64,000 nt of DNA from a virus, in IMG/VR virus record IMGVR_UViG_2907847951_000001, positions 2,430 through 66,429 of that record, one strand, 5' to 3'. This document shows, one piece after another, positions 9,942-18,970 of the stretch. The notes under the pieces are model-generated. The model was given only the letters and a program-made list of their open reading frames with translations, made no database searches and was not told the DNA's origin. Made by a program: the position numbers and the translations under genes. Position 1 is the stretch's first letter, and the number at the start of each line of letters is the position of its first letter.

Positions 9942-10256
9942 TTATTTCTTACCTAGAGCTTGTGCTATTGCAGATTTAGCTACAGCGATTGGATGCTCTT
10001 CATGATAATCAAGGTCATCTCCATAGATTCTGTCGTACCATGAATAAAATCCCTGTAATGCTTCAAGTAATTTCGGTGCCGCTTCAATTAATGCCATATC
10101 CTCCTTTTTTACAACCAGCGTTGGGTGTCCATCCCGCATCACAGTCGAATCAATTACTCCGCCATCTCTCCCTATCGTTTTGCTGCTCAGGCGAAGAAAG
10201 CTATTGCTTGTCCACCACTCCCAGGGACCAGGCGTCCCTTTAAATTCACCACTCAT
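9942..10256 (-). CDS. TPGPW/LIEAAPKLL family hypothetical protein
   Basis: FKGTPGPW and LIEAAPKLLEAL motifs. Confidence 0.8.
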   Translation of the reverse strand: MSGEFKGTPGPWEWWTSNSFLRLSSKTIGRDGGVIDSTVMRDGHPTLVVKKEDMALIEAAPKLLEALQGFYSWYDRIYGDDLDYHEEHPIAVAKSAIAQALGKK

Positions 10257-10366
10257 ACAACCCCCTGCATAGTAAACACATAAGCACAAACAGCGGCTAA
10301 TATAACTATCACCGCTAACTCGATTTTGAACGAGCGCCAGGCTCGCTTGTCACAGTCGCGAATCAT
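10253..10366 (-). CDS. Small membrane protein
   Basis: Manual translation MIRDCDKRAWRSFKIELAVIVILAAVCAYVFTMQGVV, AGGAG RBS, ATGA coupling. Confidence 0.55.
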   Translation of the reverse strand: MIRDCDKRAWRSFKIELAVIVILAAVCAYVFTMQGVV

Positions 10367-10398
10367 TGGATGCTCCTGAGGTAATAAAAAGGCCACCA

Positions 10399-10716
10399 TC
10401 AGGCAGCCTTCTCATAAACAATCTTTCCGTTTTTCATGATGCTATCAATCATCCAGTCGTAGCCGCAGAACCCTTTACTGCCTTTGATTTCTGCATTCTT
10501 TGCTTTAGCACCATCGACAATTCTCACAGTAATTCCGGCACCCCAACCGTCGCCGAAATTATAGTAATGGTAAGCGCCATCCTTAACGTTATCATTGCCC
10601 TTCAAAGGCAAATCTCGGCTCTTAACGTACTTGTCACTAGCCCCAGACCAGCCGCCATTCCATGACCCTCTATTGGGCATAGAAAGCTCAAAAATTGCAT
10701 ATTTTGCCATTTTCAC
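10399..10716 (-). CDS. Hypothetical phage protein
   Basis: 105 aa ORF between terminator-like hairpins. Confidence 0.75.
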   Translation of the reverse strand: MKMAKYAIFELSMPNRGSWNGGWSGASDKYVKSRDLPLKGNDNVKDGAYHYYNFGDGWGAGITVRIVDGAKAKNAEIKGSKGFCGYDWMIDSIMKNGKIVYEKAA

Positions 10717-11000
10717 CCCATTAACGAGTTTTAACCTGTTTGCCCTTACGGTAATAAAAAACCGCCGGAGCGAATCTTATGGTTCATTTATTTCTAGCTG
10801 GACATTTAAGCCGGCCGCAACTGCCTCTGGCATTAACTCCTGTAGCGTTTTCTGGTCTTCTCGCCATTGTCTTCTGAGTATTGATAACTTTCCCGAACGC
10901 ACATCTGGCGACGCCTGAGCGCCTTAATCGTCTCCTCCATCTGCTTCTTGTCCATGCACTTACTCCTTTTTGTTCCCCCGCAGGTCGTTAGATCTGCTGA

Positions 11001-11363
11001 TTAACGAGCTGTAACCTGTTTTGATTTGCGATGCCCTGCAACGAAGAGGGCAACTTCTGGAAGGCACATGCCGCCATCCAGCGGCTTGTGACCAAACTCA
11101 TTGCTGTAAACAATTGCTGCTCTCTCGATCTGGCGTTTGTATTCCTCACAATTCCAGTCAACATCCTGAGCGACGAACTTAATTGGTGTTGCTTCTTCAA
11201 CGCTTCCCGGCGTGTGGTGTGTTCCTTTTGCTTGTAACTGCGCACGGCTCAGTGTAGGGCGATGCATAACCTCTACACTCGATGTTTCTGCGTTCTGTAA
11301 TGCAGCACGGCGCTCACGGCGGCGACCAGTTGCTGAACCATTGAATGATGTTCTGCGTGTCAT
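11001..11363 (-). CDS. N: N-type transcription antiterminator
   Basis: Arg-rich motif ATGRRRERRAA; first gene after pL/nutL. Confidence 0.85.
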   Translation of the reverse strand: MTRRTSFNGSATGRRRERRAALQNAETSSVEVMHRPTLSRAQLQAKGTHHTPGSVEEATPIKFVAQDVDWNCEEYKRQIERAAIVYSNEFGHKPLDGGMCLPEVALFVAGHRKSKQVTAR

Positions 11364-11375
11364 AGAAACCTCCTG

Positions 11376-11490
11376 ATGAACTTTGGTGAAGGCGCCGAGA
11401 CCTGTTCCAATTCCCGGATTTCAAGTCGTTTCATAGTCCGTCCCGTGAGTTGCTGGGACTAAGCTCCGCGACACGCCTTCCCAAAGTTCA
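11376..11490 (-). promoter_or_regulatory. Long N-leader hairpin (probable RNase III site)
   Basis: TGAACTTTGGTGAAGGCG pairs with CGCCTTCCCAAAGTTCA, between nutL and N as in lambda. Confidence 0.65.
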
Positions 11491-11503
11491 CTTTGGTTTA
11501 TTT

Positions 11504-11548
11504 CGGCTTTTCAGCCGCGTAGATTCGTACCTGAATCGTTGTGATTTC
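11504..11548 (-). promoter_or_regulatory. nutL (boxA-like plus boxB)
   Basis: Minus strand TCACAACGA...TCTACG CGGCTGAAAAGCCG hairpin, mirrored by nutR. Confidence 0.8.
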
Positions 11549-11585
11549 ACCGCCCTGGTGAGTGCTGCGTCCTGCTGATGGGTTA

Positions 11586-11648
11586 AATATACCCTTAGGC
11601 ATCATGCTTGGCAATACCCATGGATATAAAAAATGAAACCAAGGGTAT
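11586..11648 (-). promoter_or_regulatory. pL and OL operators
   Basis: TTGCCA-17bp-TATATT on the minus strand; three ATACCCnnGGGTAT-like sites at 11589, 11614, 11635. Confidence 0.8.
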
Positions 11649-11888
11649 AAATGCATGATGCATAAGGTAATAAAATTTTAAGATGTGACAATACTCAGGG
11701 TTTAGATTGGAGGGATCTTGATTTTTAGTAGGGTAGGTTCCAATATCATCCGTGTGGTTATTTAATAAAAATGAAATAATTCAAATTTCAGGTGATGATA
11801 TGCAGAGCGCATTGCTGCGTGTTAAGGCTGGGGTGTACGAAGAGTCGCCTGCAAGCCGTGTAGTTCTCGCCTGCAGGGATGTGGGAAT

Positions 11889-12503
11889 TTACCGATTAAA
11901 TTTTTTGCCGATGTATACGACAACACCAATGATTTTTGCGTTGTCGCCAACTGCAATCAAAGGAGCTCTGGCATCGCTGGTTGCCAATAACCCTTGATTT
12001 TGATCTGGAATGAATTTGTAAACTGAGTCTGATCCGTTAATTCTTGCATAAACGAAGTCATTATTTCCGGCTGTTTCGTTTACATCCACAACGATAACGT
12101 CGCCATCAGCCGCTTCCGGGTATCCGGAATGTCTCTTTAAGATATACGCACGGCATCCATCGGAACGGATTTCCGATGGTGCTGCTATAAAGTCGGCCGT
12201 CTTAGTCTCACCTTCCCATAATGGCACCAGGAAAGCGCCGCTGACCACCTTGCCAGGGGCGACACCATCATTGTCAGATGCTTGCCCATTCCTCATTGGA
12301 CCTTCATTCATATCCAGCCACTCCGGGCGAACATTCAATGCCTTTGCAATTTGCACTATGTAGGCTGATTTGTTCGTCTTTCCAGAAAGGATTTTGAAGA
12401 TTGTCGGCTGAGCTACGCCAGCTGCTTCAGCAAGCTGCGCCTGCTTCATGCCGCTTTCCTTCATTGCCAGCTCAAGCCGTTCTGCGATCGTTTGGTTTTT
12501 CAT
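11889..12503 (-). CDS. cI: CI repressor (HTH plus degenerate S24 domain)
   Basis: QAQLAEAAGVAQPTIFKI HTH, GDVIVVD and IIGVV S24 motifs, divergent from cro; start at MKNQT follows pRM. Confidence 0.92.
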   Translation of the reverse strand: MKNQTIAERLELAMKESGMKQAQLAEAAGVAQPTIFKILSGKTNKSAYIVQIAKALNVRPEWLDMNEGPMRNGQASDNDGVAPGKVVSGAFLVPLWEGETKTADFIAAPSEIRSDGCRAYILKRHSGYPEAADGDVIVVDVNETAGNNDFVYARINGSDSVYKFIPDQNQGLLATSDARAPLIAVGDNAKIIGVVVYIGKKFNR

Positions 12504-12510
12504 AAGGCTG

Positions 12511-12606
12511 AACATATATCCGAGGGTATTTTTCGTCAAATAACTATGGGTATTGACTTTTGAGAAACTCATGGGTATATTTACTCTTGAACTTACCAAA
12601 GGGTAT
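12511..12606. promoter_or_regulatory. OR operators with pR and pRM
   Basis: Four sites ending GGGTAT at 12516, 12540, 12565, 12593; pR TTGACT-17-TATATT; pRM TTGACG-17-TATGTT on the minus strand. Confidence 0.8.
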
Positions 12607-12611
12607 TAGAT

Positions 12612-12839
12612 ATGGTTAACAAGGCTATTGAAAAGGCCATCAACGCTCTCGGTAACCAGCAAAAGCTGGCTGAGGCTGTAGGTGTTAAGCAGCCGAGTGT
12701 GTGGCGATGGCTTCATAACAAAAAGCGTGTTTCGCCTGAGAACGTAGTCGCCATTGTTACCGCAACAAATGGACTCGTTAAAGCTCACGAAATTCGCCCT
12801 GATTTACCGCAGCTTTTCCCGCCAGAAATGGCTGCGTGA
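12612..12839 (+). CDS. cro: Cro repressor (YdaS-like)
   Basis: GNQQKLAEAVGVKQPSVWRW HTH and EIRPDL motif. Confidence 0.9.
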   Translation: MVNKAIEKAINALGNQQKLAEAVGVKQPSVWRWLHNKKRVSPENVVAIVTATNGLVKAHEIRPDLPQLFPPEMAA

Positions 12840-12847
12840 TAACCAAC

Positions 12848-12887
12848 CTCTCACAACGACCATTCGGTCTACGTCGCTGAAAAGCGA
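12848..12887 (+). promoter_or_regulatory. nutR
   Basis: CTCTCACAACGA...TCTACG TCGCTGAAAAGCGA boxB hairpin after cro. Confidence 0.8.
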
Positions 12888-12961
12888 ATCAATAACAAAC
12901 CTTTTCAAGGCTATGCGTGTTTGCGCATCAGCCTCATTTTTTATCACCACGGAAATTATCT

Positions 12962-13261
12962 ATGGAAGACACCGCAAACTACAGCAAACCATCGCAGCGC
13001 GACATCGATCGCGCAGAGACAGACCTGCTAATCAATCTCTCTGCACTTACTCAGCGACGACTGGCAAAGATGATTGGATGTCATGAGACGAAGATAAGCC
13101 GCACTGACTGGCGCTTCATAGCGTCGATTCTGTGCGCTTTTGGGATGGATTCAGACATCAGTCCGATTAGCCGCGCATTTCGTTGTGCGCTTGAAGTAGT
13201 CACAAAAGAAAAAGCCCCGGCTGCAACCGAGGCTTTCGAGAAACACAATTTGGAATTTTAA
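12962..13261 (+). CDS. cII: CII transcriptional activator
   Basis: DIDRAETDLLINLS...QRRLAKMIGCHETKISRTDW, phage 21/HK022-type CII. Confidence 0.9.
   Translation: MEDTANYSKPSQRDIDRAETDLLINLSALTQRRLAKMIGCHETKISRTDWRFIASILCAFGMDSDISPISRAFRCALEVVTKEKAPAATEAFEKHNLEF
12974..12987 (-). promoter_or_regulatory. pRE CII-binding site
   Basis: TTGC-N6-TTGC on the minus strand in the 5' end of cII. Confidence 0.75.
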
Positions 13262-13285
13262 CGGGTTCCACAGGAGCTATTTTAC

Positions 13286-13429
13286 ATGAAAAAACTCAGT
13301 CCTGACCAGGACAAACTTCACAAACACATACTTCGTGATCGCCTTTTGTCAGAGTTCAAGCAGCCTGGTCGATTTCGGGCTGAGTTGGAGAAATGGAAAC
13401 AACTGCTGAAGGGTAAGGGTCATGAGTAA
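13286..13429 (+). CDS. DUF2740-like small protein
   Basis: Manual translation [36 protein letters not shown]; AGGAG RBS. Confidence 0.75.
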   Translation: MKKLSPDQDKLHKHILRDRLLSEFKQPGRFRAELEKWKQLLKGKGHE

Positions 13430-14327
13430 CATATCAAACCTAGCCGAAGCCAGAGAGGCCAGAAGGCTCCAGCAACCGCAAAACAGTGGCGGTAAGGGGT
13501 TCGCCTTGCTGCATCGTAAAATTATGGATGTGCCGTTCTACAAGGACGCAGAGGCGGCGCATTTGTGGGTTCATCTGATACTCAAGGCCAAGCATGCGCC
13601 TGAGGTGGTACTGACAGACCTTGGAGAAAAGTTAATCAACCGAGGTCAACTCCTGAGCGGTAGAAACTCACTGGCTTCTGAGACGGGACTGAAACCAGAC
13701 CGGGTTCAATATCTGCTTCGTAAGTTCCAAAAGCTGGGAATGGTTGACTGGGTTTCTCATGGGAAATTCTCAGTTTTCACCATCGTTAAATACGACGATT
13801 ATCAGTCAAATTATGTACCAGCAGATTACCAGCAGATTACCATCTCAAACGCAGGCGCACCAACGCCTGCAGAGCAACCTGTACCAGCAGATTACCAGAA
13901 AATTACCACAGATAAAGAATATATAAATAATAACTTACTACCTAACGGTAGTAAGTATGTCGCATCAGTCGAAGAAAAACCGACTGAAAAGACCTCAAGA
14001 CTTTCCTGCGAAGAAGTATGGCAAGCACTTCGTGAAGGCGTACCGGATGCCAGGGGATGGAATGTACTCACCCCTGACCGTCGAAAGAGAATCCAGAAGT
14101 TTTGGCGGGAAGCCAAGCCTATTGCCAAACAGTTCGGCGATGTCGAGCCATTCGGTATGGAATCCTTCAGGACGTACCTCGCTTACCTGCATAAATCCTG
14201 TCGCTGGATGTTTGAGACGCGGACGGACAATGCCACCGGCAAAACCTGGCAGAAACGGAATTACGAATACATTTTGAGTGCAGAAATTTATGCACAGACC
14301 CGCGAAGGAGAGCGAGATGATCGATGA
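13422..14327 (+). CDS. Replication initiator (O/gp18-like)
   Basis: [10 protein letters not shown]...[11 protein letters not shown]-domain; internal iterons; precedes helicase. Confidence 0.9.
   Translation: MSNISNLAEAREARRLQQPQNSGGKGFALLHRKIMDVPFYKDAEAAHLWVHLILKAKHAPEVVLTDLGEKLINRGQLLSGRNSLASETGLKPDRVQYLLRKFQKLGMVDWVSHGKFSVFTIVKYDDYQSNYVPADYQQITISNAGAPTPAEQPVPADYQKITTDKEYINNNLLPNGSKYVASVEEKPTEKTSRLSCEEVWQALREGVPDARGWNVLTPDRRKRIQKFWREAKPIAKQFGDVEPFGMESFRTYLAYLHKSCRWMFETRTDNATGKTWQKRNYEYILSAEIYAQTREGERDDR
13815..13945 (+). repeat. Replication origin iterons plus AT-rich tract
   Basis: About six copies of TACCAGCAGAT-like 11-mers in two clusters, followed by AAAGAATATATAAATAATAACTTA. Confidence 0.8.
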
Positions 14328-15720
14328 GATTATTACCCTGCCGCACAGCCTGGAAGCTGAGCAAAGTGTGATTGGCGGTCTTTTGCTTGATGACGATAGC
14401 AGCGAGCGAGTCCAGAAGGTACTGGCGATGCTCAAGCCTGAGTCGTTTTACAGCAAAGTTCATCAAATCCTCTTTGCGGAAATCAGGCAGATGATCCGCG
14501 ACAACAAGCCGGTTGATGGTCTGACTTTATTCGACGCGCTTGAAAGCAAAGGACTGGTTGAGCAGGTCGGAGGGTTTGCCTACATCGGCCAGATTGCAAA
14601 AAACACCCCGAGCGCAGCAAACATAGTGGCCTACGCAGCATCTGTGCGTGAGTCTGCTATGGAGCGCTATGGCATTCAGCGCATGACCGAAGCGACAGAG
14701 TTGCTCTACGCCAGGAACGGCATGAGCGCCACTGAAAAGTACGAAGCCATCCAGAGCATCTTCACCCAGCTGACAGACCACTCAAAGACGGGTAGTCGTC
14801 GAGGGGCAAGAACGCTCGCGGATGTTGCTGACGACTGGATAGCCGAGGTGGAAAAGCGCTTCGATCCTAACCAGCGCTCACGTGGATTATCGACAGGCAT
14901 CAAATCTCTTGACGACATGCTTGAGCCAAAAGGGCTCGTTCGTGGTTCGCTGTTTGTCATTGGCGCAAGGCCAAAGATGGGCAAAACAACTCTCTACAGC
15001 CAGCTGGCTCTGAACTGTGCCATCAACGAGAGATTGCCGTCGATCATGTTTAGTCTGGAAATGCCTGACAAGCAGATTCTGGAGCGCATGATTGGGCAGG
15101 CCTCTGGCGTCAACACGGATATTTTTTATCGCGGCGCGGGTCGTGATGAGGAATTTGCGATCGCCAACGCTCGCCTGGCGGAAATGGTTGAGAGCCAGAA
15201 TCTCTACATCGACGATACGCCGGGAGCCAGCCTTTCACACATCATCGCTGAGTGCCGACGCATTAAGCGAGAGAGGGGGAAGGTCGGGATGGTGCTTGTC
15301 GATTACCTGACGCTTATGGCAGCGGAAAAAGCGGACCGAAATGACCTGGCATATGGACTCATCACAAAAGGCCTCAAAAACCTCGCCAAGGAGCTTGATT
15401 GCGTTGTTGTCCTGCTGACCCAGCTTAACCGTGAGCTGGAAAAGCGAGCCAACAAGCGACCACTCCCAAGCGACTCAAGGGACACCGGCCAAATCGAACA
15501 GGATTGCGATTACTGGCTGGGGATTTACCGAGAGGGTGCCTACGACGAGAACTACCCACAGGGAGATACAGAGCTACTCCTGCGGCTAAATCGTCATGGC
15601 AGCGGTGGTGTCGTGTTCTGCGAGCAGCGCAATGGCGCAATTTATGACTGTGACCAGATGCAGGCCGAAATGATGCGACGCGACAGAGAGCAACAACCAA
15701 AATCAAAGGGGGGATTTTGA
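14317..15720 (+). CDS. DnaB-family replicative helicase
   Basis: PHSLEAEQSVIG, GARPKMGKT Walker A, FSLEM, VDYL, IEQDCD motifs. Confidence 0.95.
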   Translation: MIDEIITLPHSLEAEQSVIGGLLLDDDSSERVQKVLAMLKPESFYSKVHQILFAEIRQMIRDNKPVDGLTLFDALESKGLVEQVGGFAYIGQIAKNTPSAANIVAYAASVRESAMERYGIQRMTEATELLYARNGMSATEKYEAIQSIFTQLTDHSKTGSRRGARTLADVADDWIAEVEKRFDPNQRSRGLSTGIKSLDDMLEPKGLVRGSLFVIGARPKMGKTTLYSQLALNCAINERLPSIMFSLEMPDKQILERMIGQASGVNTDIFYRGAGRDEEFAIANARLAEMVESQNLYIDDTPGASLSHIIAECRRIKRERGKVGMVLVDYLTLMAAEKADRNDLAYGLITKGLKNLAKELDCVVVLLTQLNRELEKRANKRPLPSDSRDTGQIEQDCDYWLGIYREGAYDENYPQGDTELLLRLNRHGSGGVVFCEQRNGAIYDCDQMQAEMMRRDREQQPKSKGGF

Positions 15721-15721
15721 A

Positions 15722-15970
15722 ATGTTCTATGAGGATGCCATTAAGAGAGAGGATGCTTTTGAATTCCTGATGAAAGCCTATGCTGATTTTCCAGAGGAAA
15801 TCCCTTGCGGGTTAAATCGGAATGTATCAGAAAGAATCTTTAAAGATTGGCGCTGGGTTAGGACGCTTGATGGTGAAATCGTCTTTGCAAACTGTCTGCA
15901 GCAATGCATTTCAATAAGCGATTTCAATGAAAGGAAGTTTGCTATAGAGGGGGCTGTATGGACTCTTTAA
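15722..15970 (+). CDS. Hypothetical protein
   Basis: 82 aa ORF in the pR operon. Confidence 0.65.
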   Translation: MFYEDAIKREDAFEFLMKAYADFPEEIPCGLNRNVSERIFKDWRWVRTLDGEIVFANCLQQCISISDFNERKFAIEGAVWTL

Positions 15971-16563
15971 AACAACGCATGCTCGACTTCATCAGGCAAA
16001 ACCAGCCAGTAACCGAACAGCAACTCAAGGATGGCCTTGGCATATCACTCAATGCCAGCCGGCAGAATCGGAGGCAACTGCGGACTGCCGGCCTGATTTA
16101 TATCAGCTGCGGTTCTGGTGCTTTCCTCTCCATCGAAGACTTCCAGAAATGGCTTGAGCATGGAGGCGGACACGAAAAAATCAGCATGACGGCCAAGAAA
16201 GGAATCCATAACGCCGTTGATAACTCAGCCAGGAAGCGCGTCATTGAATACCTGTCAGAGCAGACAGAACCAGTGGGCGCGGGTGAGATATCCAAGGCCT
16301 GCAACCTGATAAACAAATCAGCCTACCGGGTTCTGGCGACACTCTCCGATGACGGAACGGTAATTCACGACGGCCGGGTTAAAGGCCGGCAGTATCTAAT
16401 CGCCTCATCCGATGTTCAATGGCCGGCAAATGGAGAGAAGTCCAGCGAAAGGAAGGTGAAGGCATTCGCGAAGTACAACCCGAAGAAAAACGGCGTAGTT
16501 CAGGCATATCTGAACAGCCCGGCACGTCAGAGGCTGATGGCTGTATATGGGAAATGCATTTAG
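15958..16563 (+). CDS. Tandem winged-helix protein
   Basis: Two wHTH-like segments (MLDFIRQNQPVT..., VIEYLSEQTEPVGAGEISKAC...). Confidence 0.75.
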   Translation: MDSLKQRMLDFIRQNQPVTEQQLKDGLGISLNASRQNRRQLRTAGLIYISCGSGAFLSIEDFQKWLEHGGGHEKISMTAKKGIHNAVDNSARKRVIEYLSEQTEPVGAGEISKACNLINKSAYRVLATLSDDGTVIHDGRVKGRQYLIASSDVQWPANGEKSSERKVKAFAKYNPKKNGVVQAYLNSPARQRLMAVYGKCI

Positions 16564-16593
16564 ATGAATCCATAAAGATTTCAGGAGGAAGAT

Positions 16594-16794
16594 GTGATTT
16601 GGATACCAGTAAATGGAGTAAAAAGTATACCGGTAGGCGACTGGTTAGTTACCACAATAGAAAGGGGGCCAAAAAGCAGAGAGATTCACGTCGCCAAAGT
16701 TAGAGAAAATTACATCATCGTTGGAAATCACTTTAACTTTGATATGCCTGAAGTGATTGCTTACATGAAGCTTCCAGAGCCATTTAAATATTAA
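16594..16794 (+). CDS. DUF551-like small protein
   Basis: WIPV...VIAYMKLPEP motif; AGGAGG RBS. Confidence 0.65.
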   Translation: MIWIPVNGVKSIPVGDWLVTTIERGPKSREIHVAKVRENYIIVGNHFNFDMPEVIAYMKLPEPFKY

Positions 16795-16831
16795 TTTTCA
16801 TACAGCAAGAGGCTGTATATGGGAGGGTGGG

Positions 16832-17098
16832 ATGAGCGAACCAAAACAAGGAGATTTAATTCGTTGGACGCGCGATACCGGCTGGCGCAGCACTGAAGTC
16901 GTCGAGTTCGAGCTGGAGATATACAGATTCACTCTCGGCTTTTTCGAAGATGAGCAGCATCGAGAAGCTGGCGTATTTACCCCGCTTTGTGACCTGGACT
17001 TGTGGATAGATGGCCCGGAGTCAGGCGACGGATATGTATCCAACTTCGGTCCATATCGAACCAATCAGGTCCCGGCATTCGATATTATAAAGAGATAA
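16832..17098 (+). CDS. Hypothetical protein
   Basis: 88 aa ORF with GGAGG RBS. Confidence 0.65.
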   Translation: MSEPKQGDLIRWTRDTGWRSTEVVEFELEIYRFTLGFFEDEQHREAGVFTPLCDLDLWIDGPESGDGYVSNFGPYRTNQVPAFDIIKR

Positions 17099-17212
17099 AA
17101 AATACCGGAGATGTGACATGTCTGAAATCTACATAGCAGAGCTATCTGCAGGATTTAGTGGGCTGATTGTGATAATCGGCCTTTTTTATGTCCGGAGGAA
17201 ATGGTGAGGACA

Positions 17213-17443
17213 ATGTTTAAGCCAGGTCAGTTAGTGCAGTCAATCAAATATGGCGACCATTATGTGGTAATCAGCGTCGGCCCTGAAAGAGCACAGGCAA
17301 TCCCGTTAACACCAAAGCGCTGGTTTACTGGGGTTATGTTTGTCGAATATGAGCGATTTAGATTGGTTTGTAACAATTACAGACCCAAGCATGCGCACAG
17401 AAAAAAACTCCAGGCGCTGGGGTTTAAGGATTGGACGGTATGA
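17213..17443 (+). CDS. Hypothetical protein
   Basis: MFKPGQLVQS start with GAGG RBS. Confidence 0.65.
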   Translation: MFKPGQLVQSIKYGDHYVVISVGPERAQAIPLTPKRWFTGVMFVEYERFRLVCNNYRPKHAHRKKLQALGFKDWTV

Positions 17444-17738
17444 GCGAAAAATAACCCGGCGAGTGGTTTGTGCCGCCAATAAGTACGAATCGAAAATTGG
17501 TGGAAACCCATTGGTCTTTATCGGTGTTCGGCACTACTGCCCAATAATGCGACAAAGCATCAGCCAACTTCTTAGCGTCATCGACAGGGCGACAGAGGTT
17601 CAGGGATTCGTTGACCAGTTCGGCGCCTTCATGGACCGAAAAGAAGCGCTAAAGGTGGCAAAGGAGGCTGGTCAGCTTAACGTCGCGAGGATTAAAACCT
17701 GGCCGGATGATGAGTTGTTTAGCGAAGATTTATATTAA
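17440..17738 (+). pseudogene. Nin-region gene apparently frameshifted just after its start
   Basis: Coupled ATG gives ATG AGC GAA AAA TAA, while the body (ITRRVVCAAN...QGFVDQFG...LFSEDLY) is in another frame; one extra A would restore it. Confidence 0.55.
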
Positions 17739-17740
17739 CA

Positions 17741-17763
17741 GGCCTGCATAGCGGGCCTTTTTT
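17741..17763 (+). terminator. Intrinsic terminator
   Basis: GGCCTGC-ATA-GCGGGCC TTTTTT. Confidence 0.7.
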
Positions 17764-17779
17764 ATGAGGGTAAGAAAGC

Positions 17780-18388
17780 ATGAATAACGAAATTGAACAG
17801 GTTGCACAGCAAAACAAAATGAGCATTGAATTCGTCACCTGGTTCTTTAACGAGAAGAAATCAGCATGTGGCGAACATTGGTTTCTGATGCTGGGTGCGA
17901 TGTGGGAAGGCTGGAAGGGACGCAACATCGAAATGGATAAGCTGGCTGCGGAGAATGTGTACCTGCTCAACGGCGCAGCCCGTGAACTCAACACTTCATG
18001 GATGTTCCACAAAACGATGCTTGGCGCACAGGCGGCCCTGGCATGTCTTGCTCATGGATATCAGGCTGCAGCTCGCGAATGGCTGGAAGGCACCACCGAC
18101 GAAGCTGTGGCTGAAATCCCTGATGATATTACCGTTGGTGAACTGCCTGAATGGTTCGACAGCCAGATGGTCAGCAATGACGGGAAAAGCGGATTCCTGA
18201 CCCGGGCAGAAGCCGAAGAGGCTATCAAGAAGGCATGTCCAGCCACCGATCGCATCGTAGCCGAAGCCGAGGCGCGCGGGGTTGAAAAAGGTATCGCCCA
18301 CTTGGAGAAGAAGTTCAGCAATATCGGCGTGCAGATCATGAATCTGCAATGGCTGGCTGATTCGCTGCGCGATGGGGCCGACAAATGA
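17780..18388 (+). CDS. Ea-type protein, paralog of 4718..5200
   Basis: Near-identical N-terminus; PATDRIVA motif. Confidence 0.85.
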   Translation: MNNEIEQVAQQNKMSIEFVTWFFNEKKSACGEHWFLMLGAMWEGWKGRNIEMDKLAAENVYLLNGAARELNTSWMFHKTMLGAQAALACLAHGYQAAAREWLEGTTDEAVAEIPDDITVGELPEWFDSQMVSNDGKSGFLTRAEAEEAIKKACPATDRIVAEAEARGVEKGIAHLEKKFSNIGVQIMNLQWLADSLRDGADK

Positions 18389-18780
18389 GCAAGACGCTGG
18401 ACATTCGCGCCGGTGACCGGTTCGAAACGGTTTACCCATTCATTTTCGTATGCACTGACTATCAGCAATGGGACGGAAATGTATTCACCGATGAAAGGTG
18501 GATTGGTGGTTGCCGAAAAACATTTGAGCCAGCTGATTGCGGTTATGGTGACCAGACCGTTTACACAGCTGATGCAGAAGGGAAAAGAATCCTTGAGGTT
18601 CTGTCTGTCGCTGAGATGCCTGGAAAGTGGCAGCGCCGGATTATCTACGCCTGCCACCTCATTGACCCTGAGGGGAAAGAGAGAAAAGGCAGGAAGGCCT
18701 ATACGGTAACCGAGGACAGATTCATCAAAATGTCGTCAGGGTATTTTGCGGATTATGGAGTGGAGAACAGCGATGACTGA
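18385..18780 (+). CDS. Hypothetical protein
   Basis: 131 aa ORF, coupled overlaps. Confidence 0.75.
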   Translation: MSKTLDIRAGDRFETVYPFIFVCTDYQQWDGNVFTDERWIGGCRKTFEPADCGYGDQTVYTADAEGKRILEVLSVAEMPGKWQRRIIYACHLIDPEGKERKGRKAYTVTEDRFIKMSSGYFADYGVENSDD

Positions 18781-18970
18781 TATCACCGAACTGGCGCAGA
18801 GCGACATCAACACCGCGATGTTTTCTTCAATCGAAGGGTTTGCATTCCTGGTCGTTGATTCTCTCGAATTTGAAATGGGCCGCGAACTGACCGACGAAGA
18901 GTCTCAGCGCGTCTATAAGCAGGTAGAAGTGGCTATTAACAACGCGACAAGCGAAGGCGGTGTGGAATGA
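18773..18970 (+). CDS. Hypothetical protein with Ead-like MTDITELA start
   Basis: GGAG RBS; first 25 nt identical to the 3976 start. Confidence 0.7.
   Translation: MTDITELAQSDINTAMFSSIEGFAFLVVDSLEFEMGRELTDEESQRVYKQVEVAINNATSEGGVE

Noticed and set aside
10777-10956. Short minus-strand ORF(s) downstream of N, possibly frameshifted
   Set aside because: Two short overlapping frames with no recognisable homology; cannot be supported without a search
12504-12599. Longer cI N-terminus given by the ORF track
   Set aside because: The extension runs through the OR operators and promoters; the true start is most likely the ATG at 12503
13815-13912. Short repeats as a CRISPR array or DGR element
   Set aside because: 11-bp repeats inside the replication gene next to an AT-rich tract are origin iterons; no spacers, cas or reverse transcriptase genes
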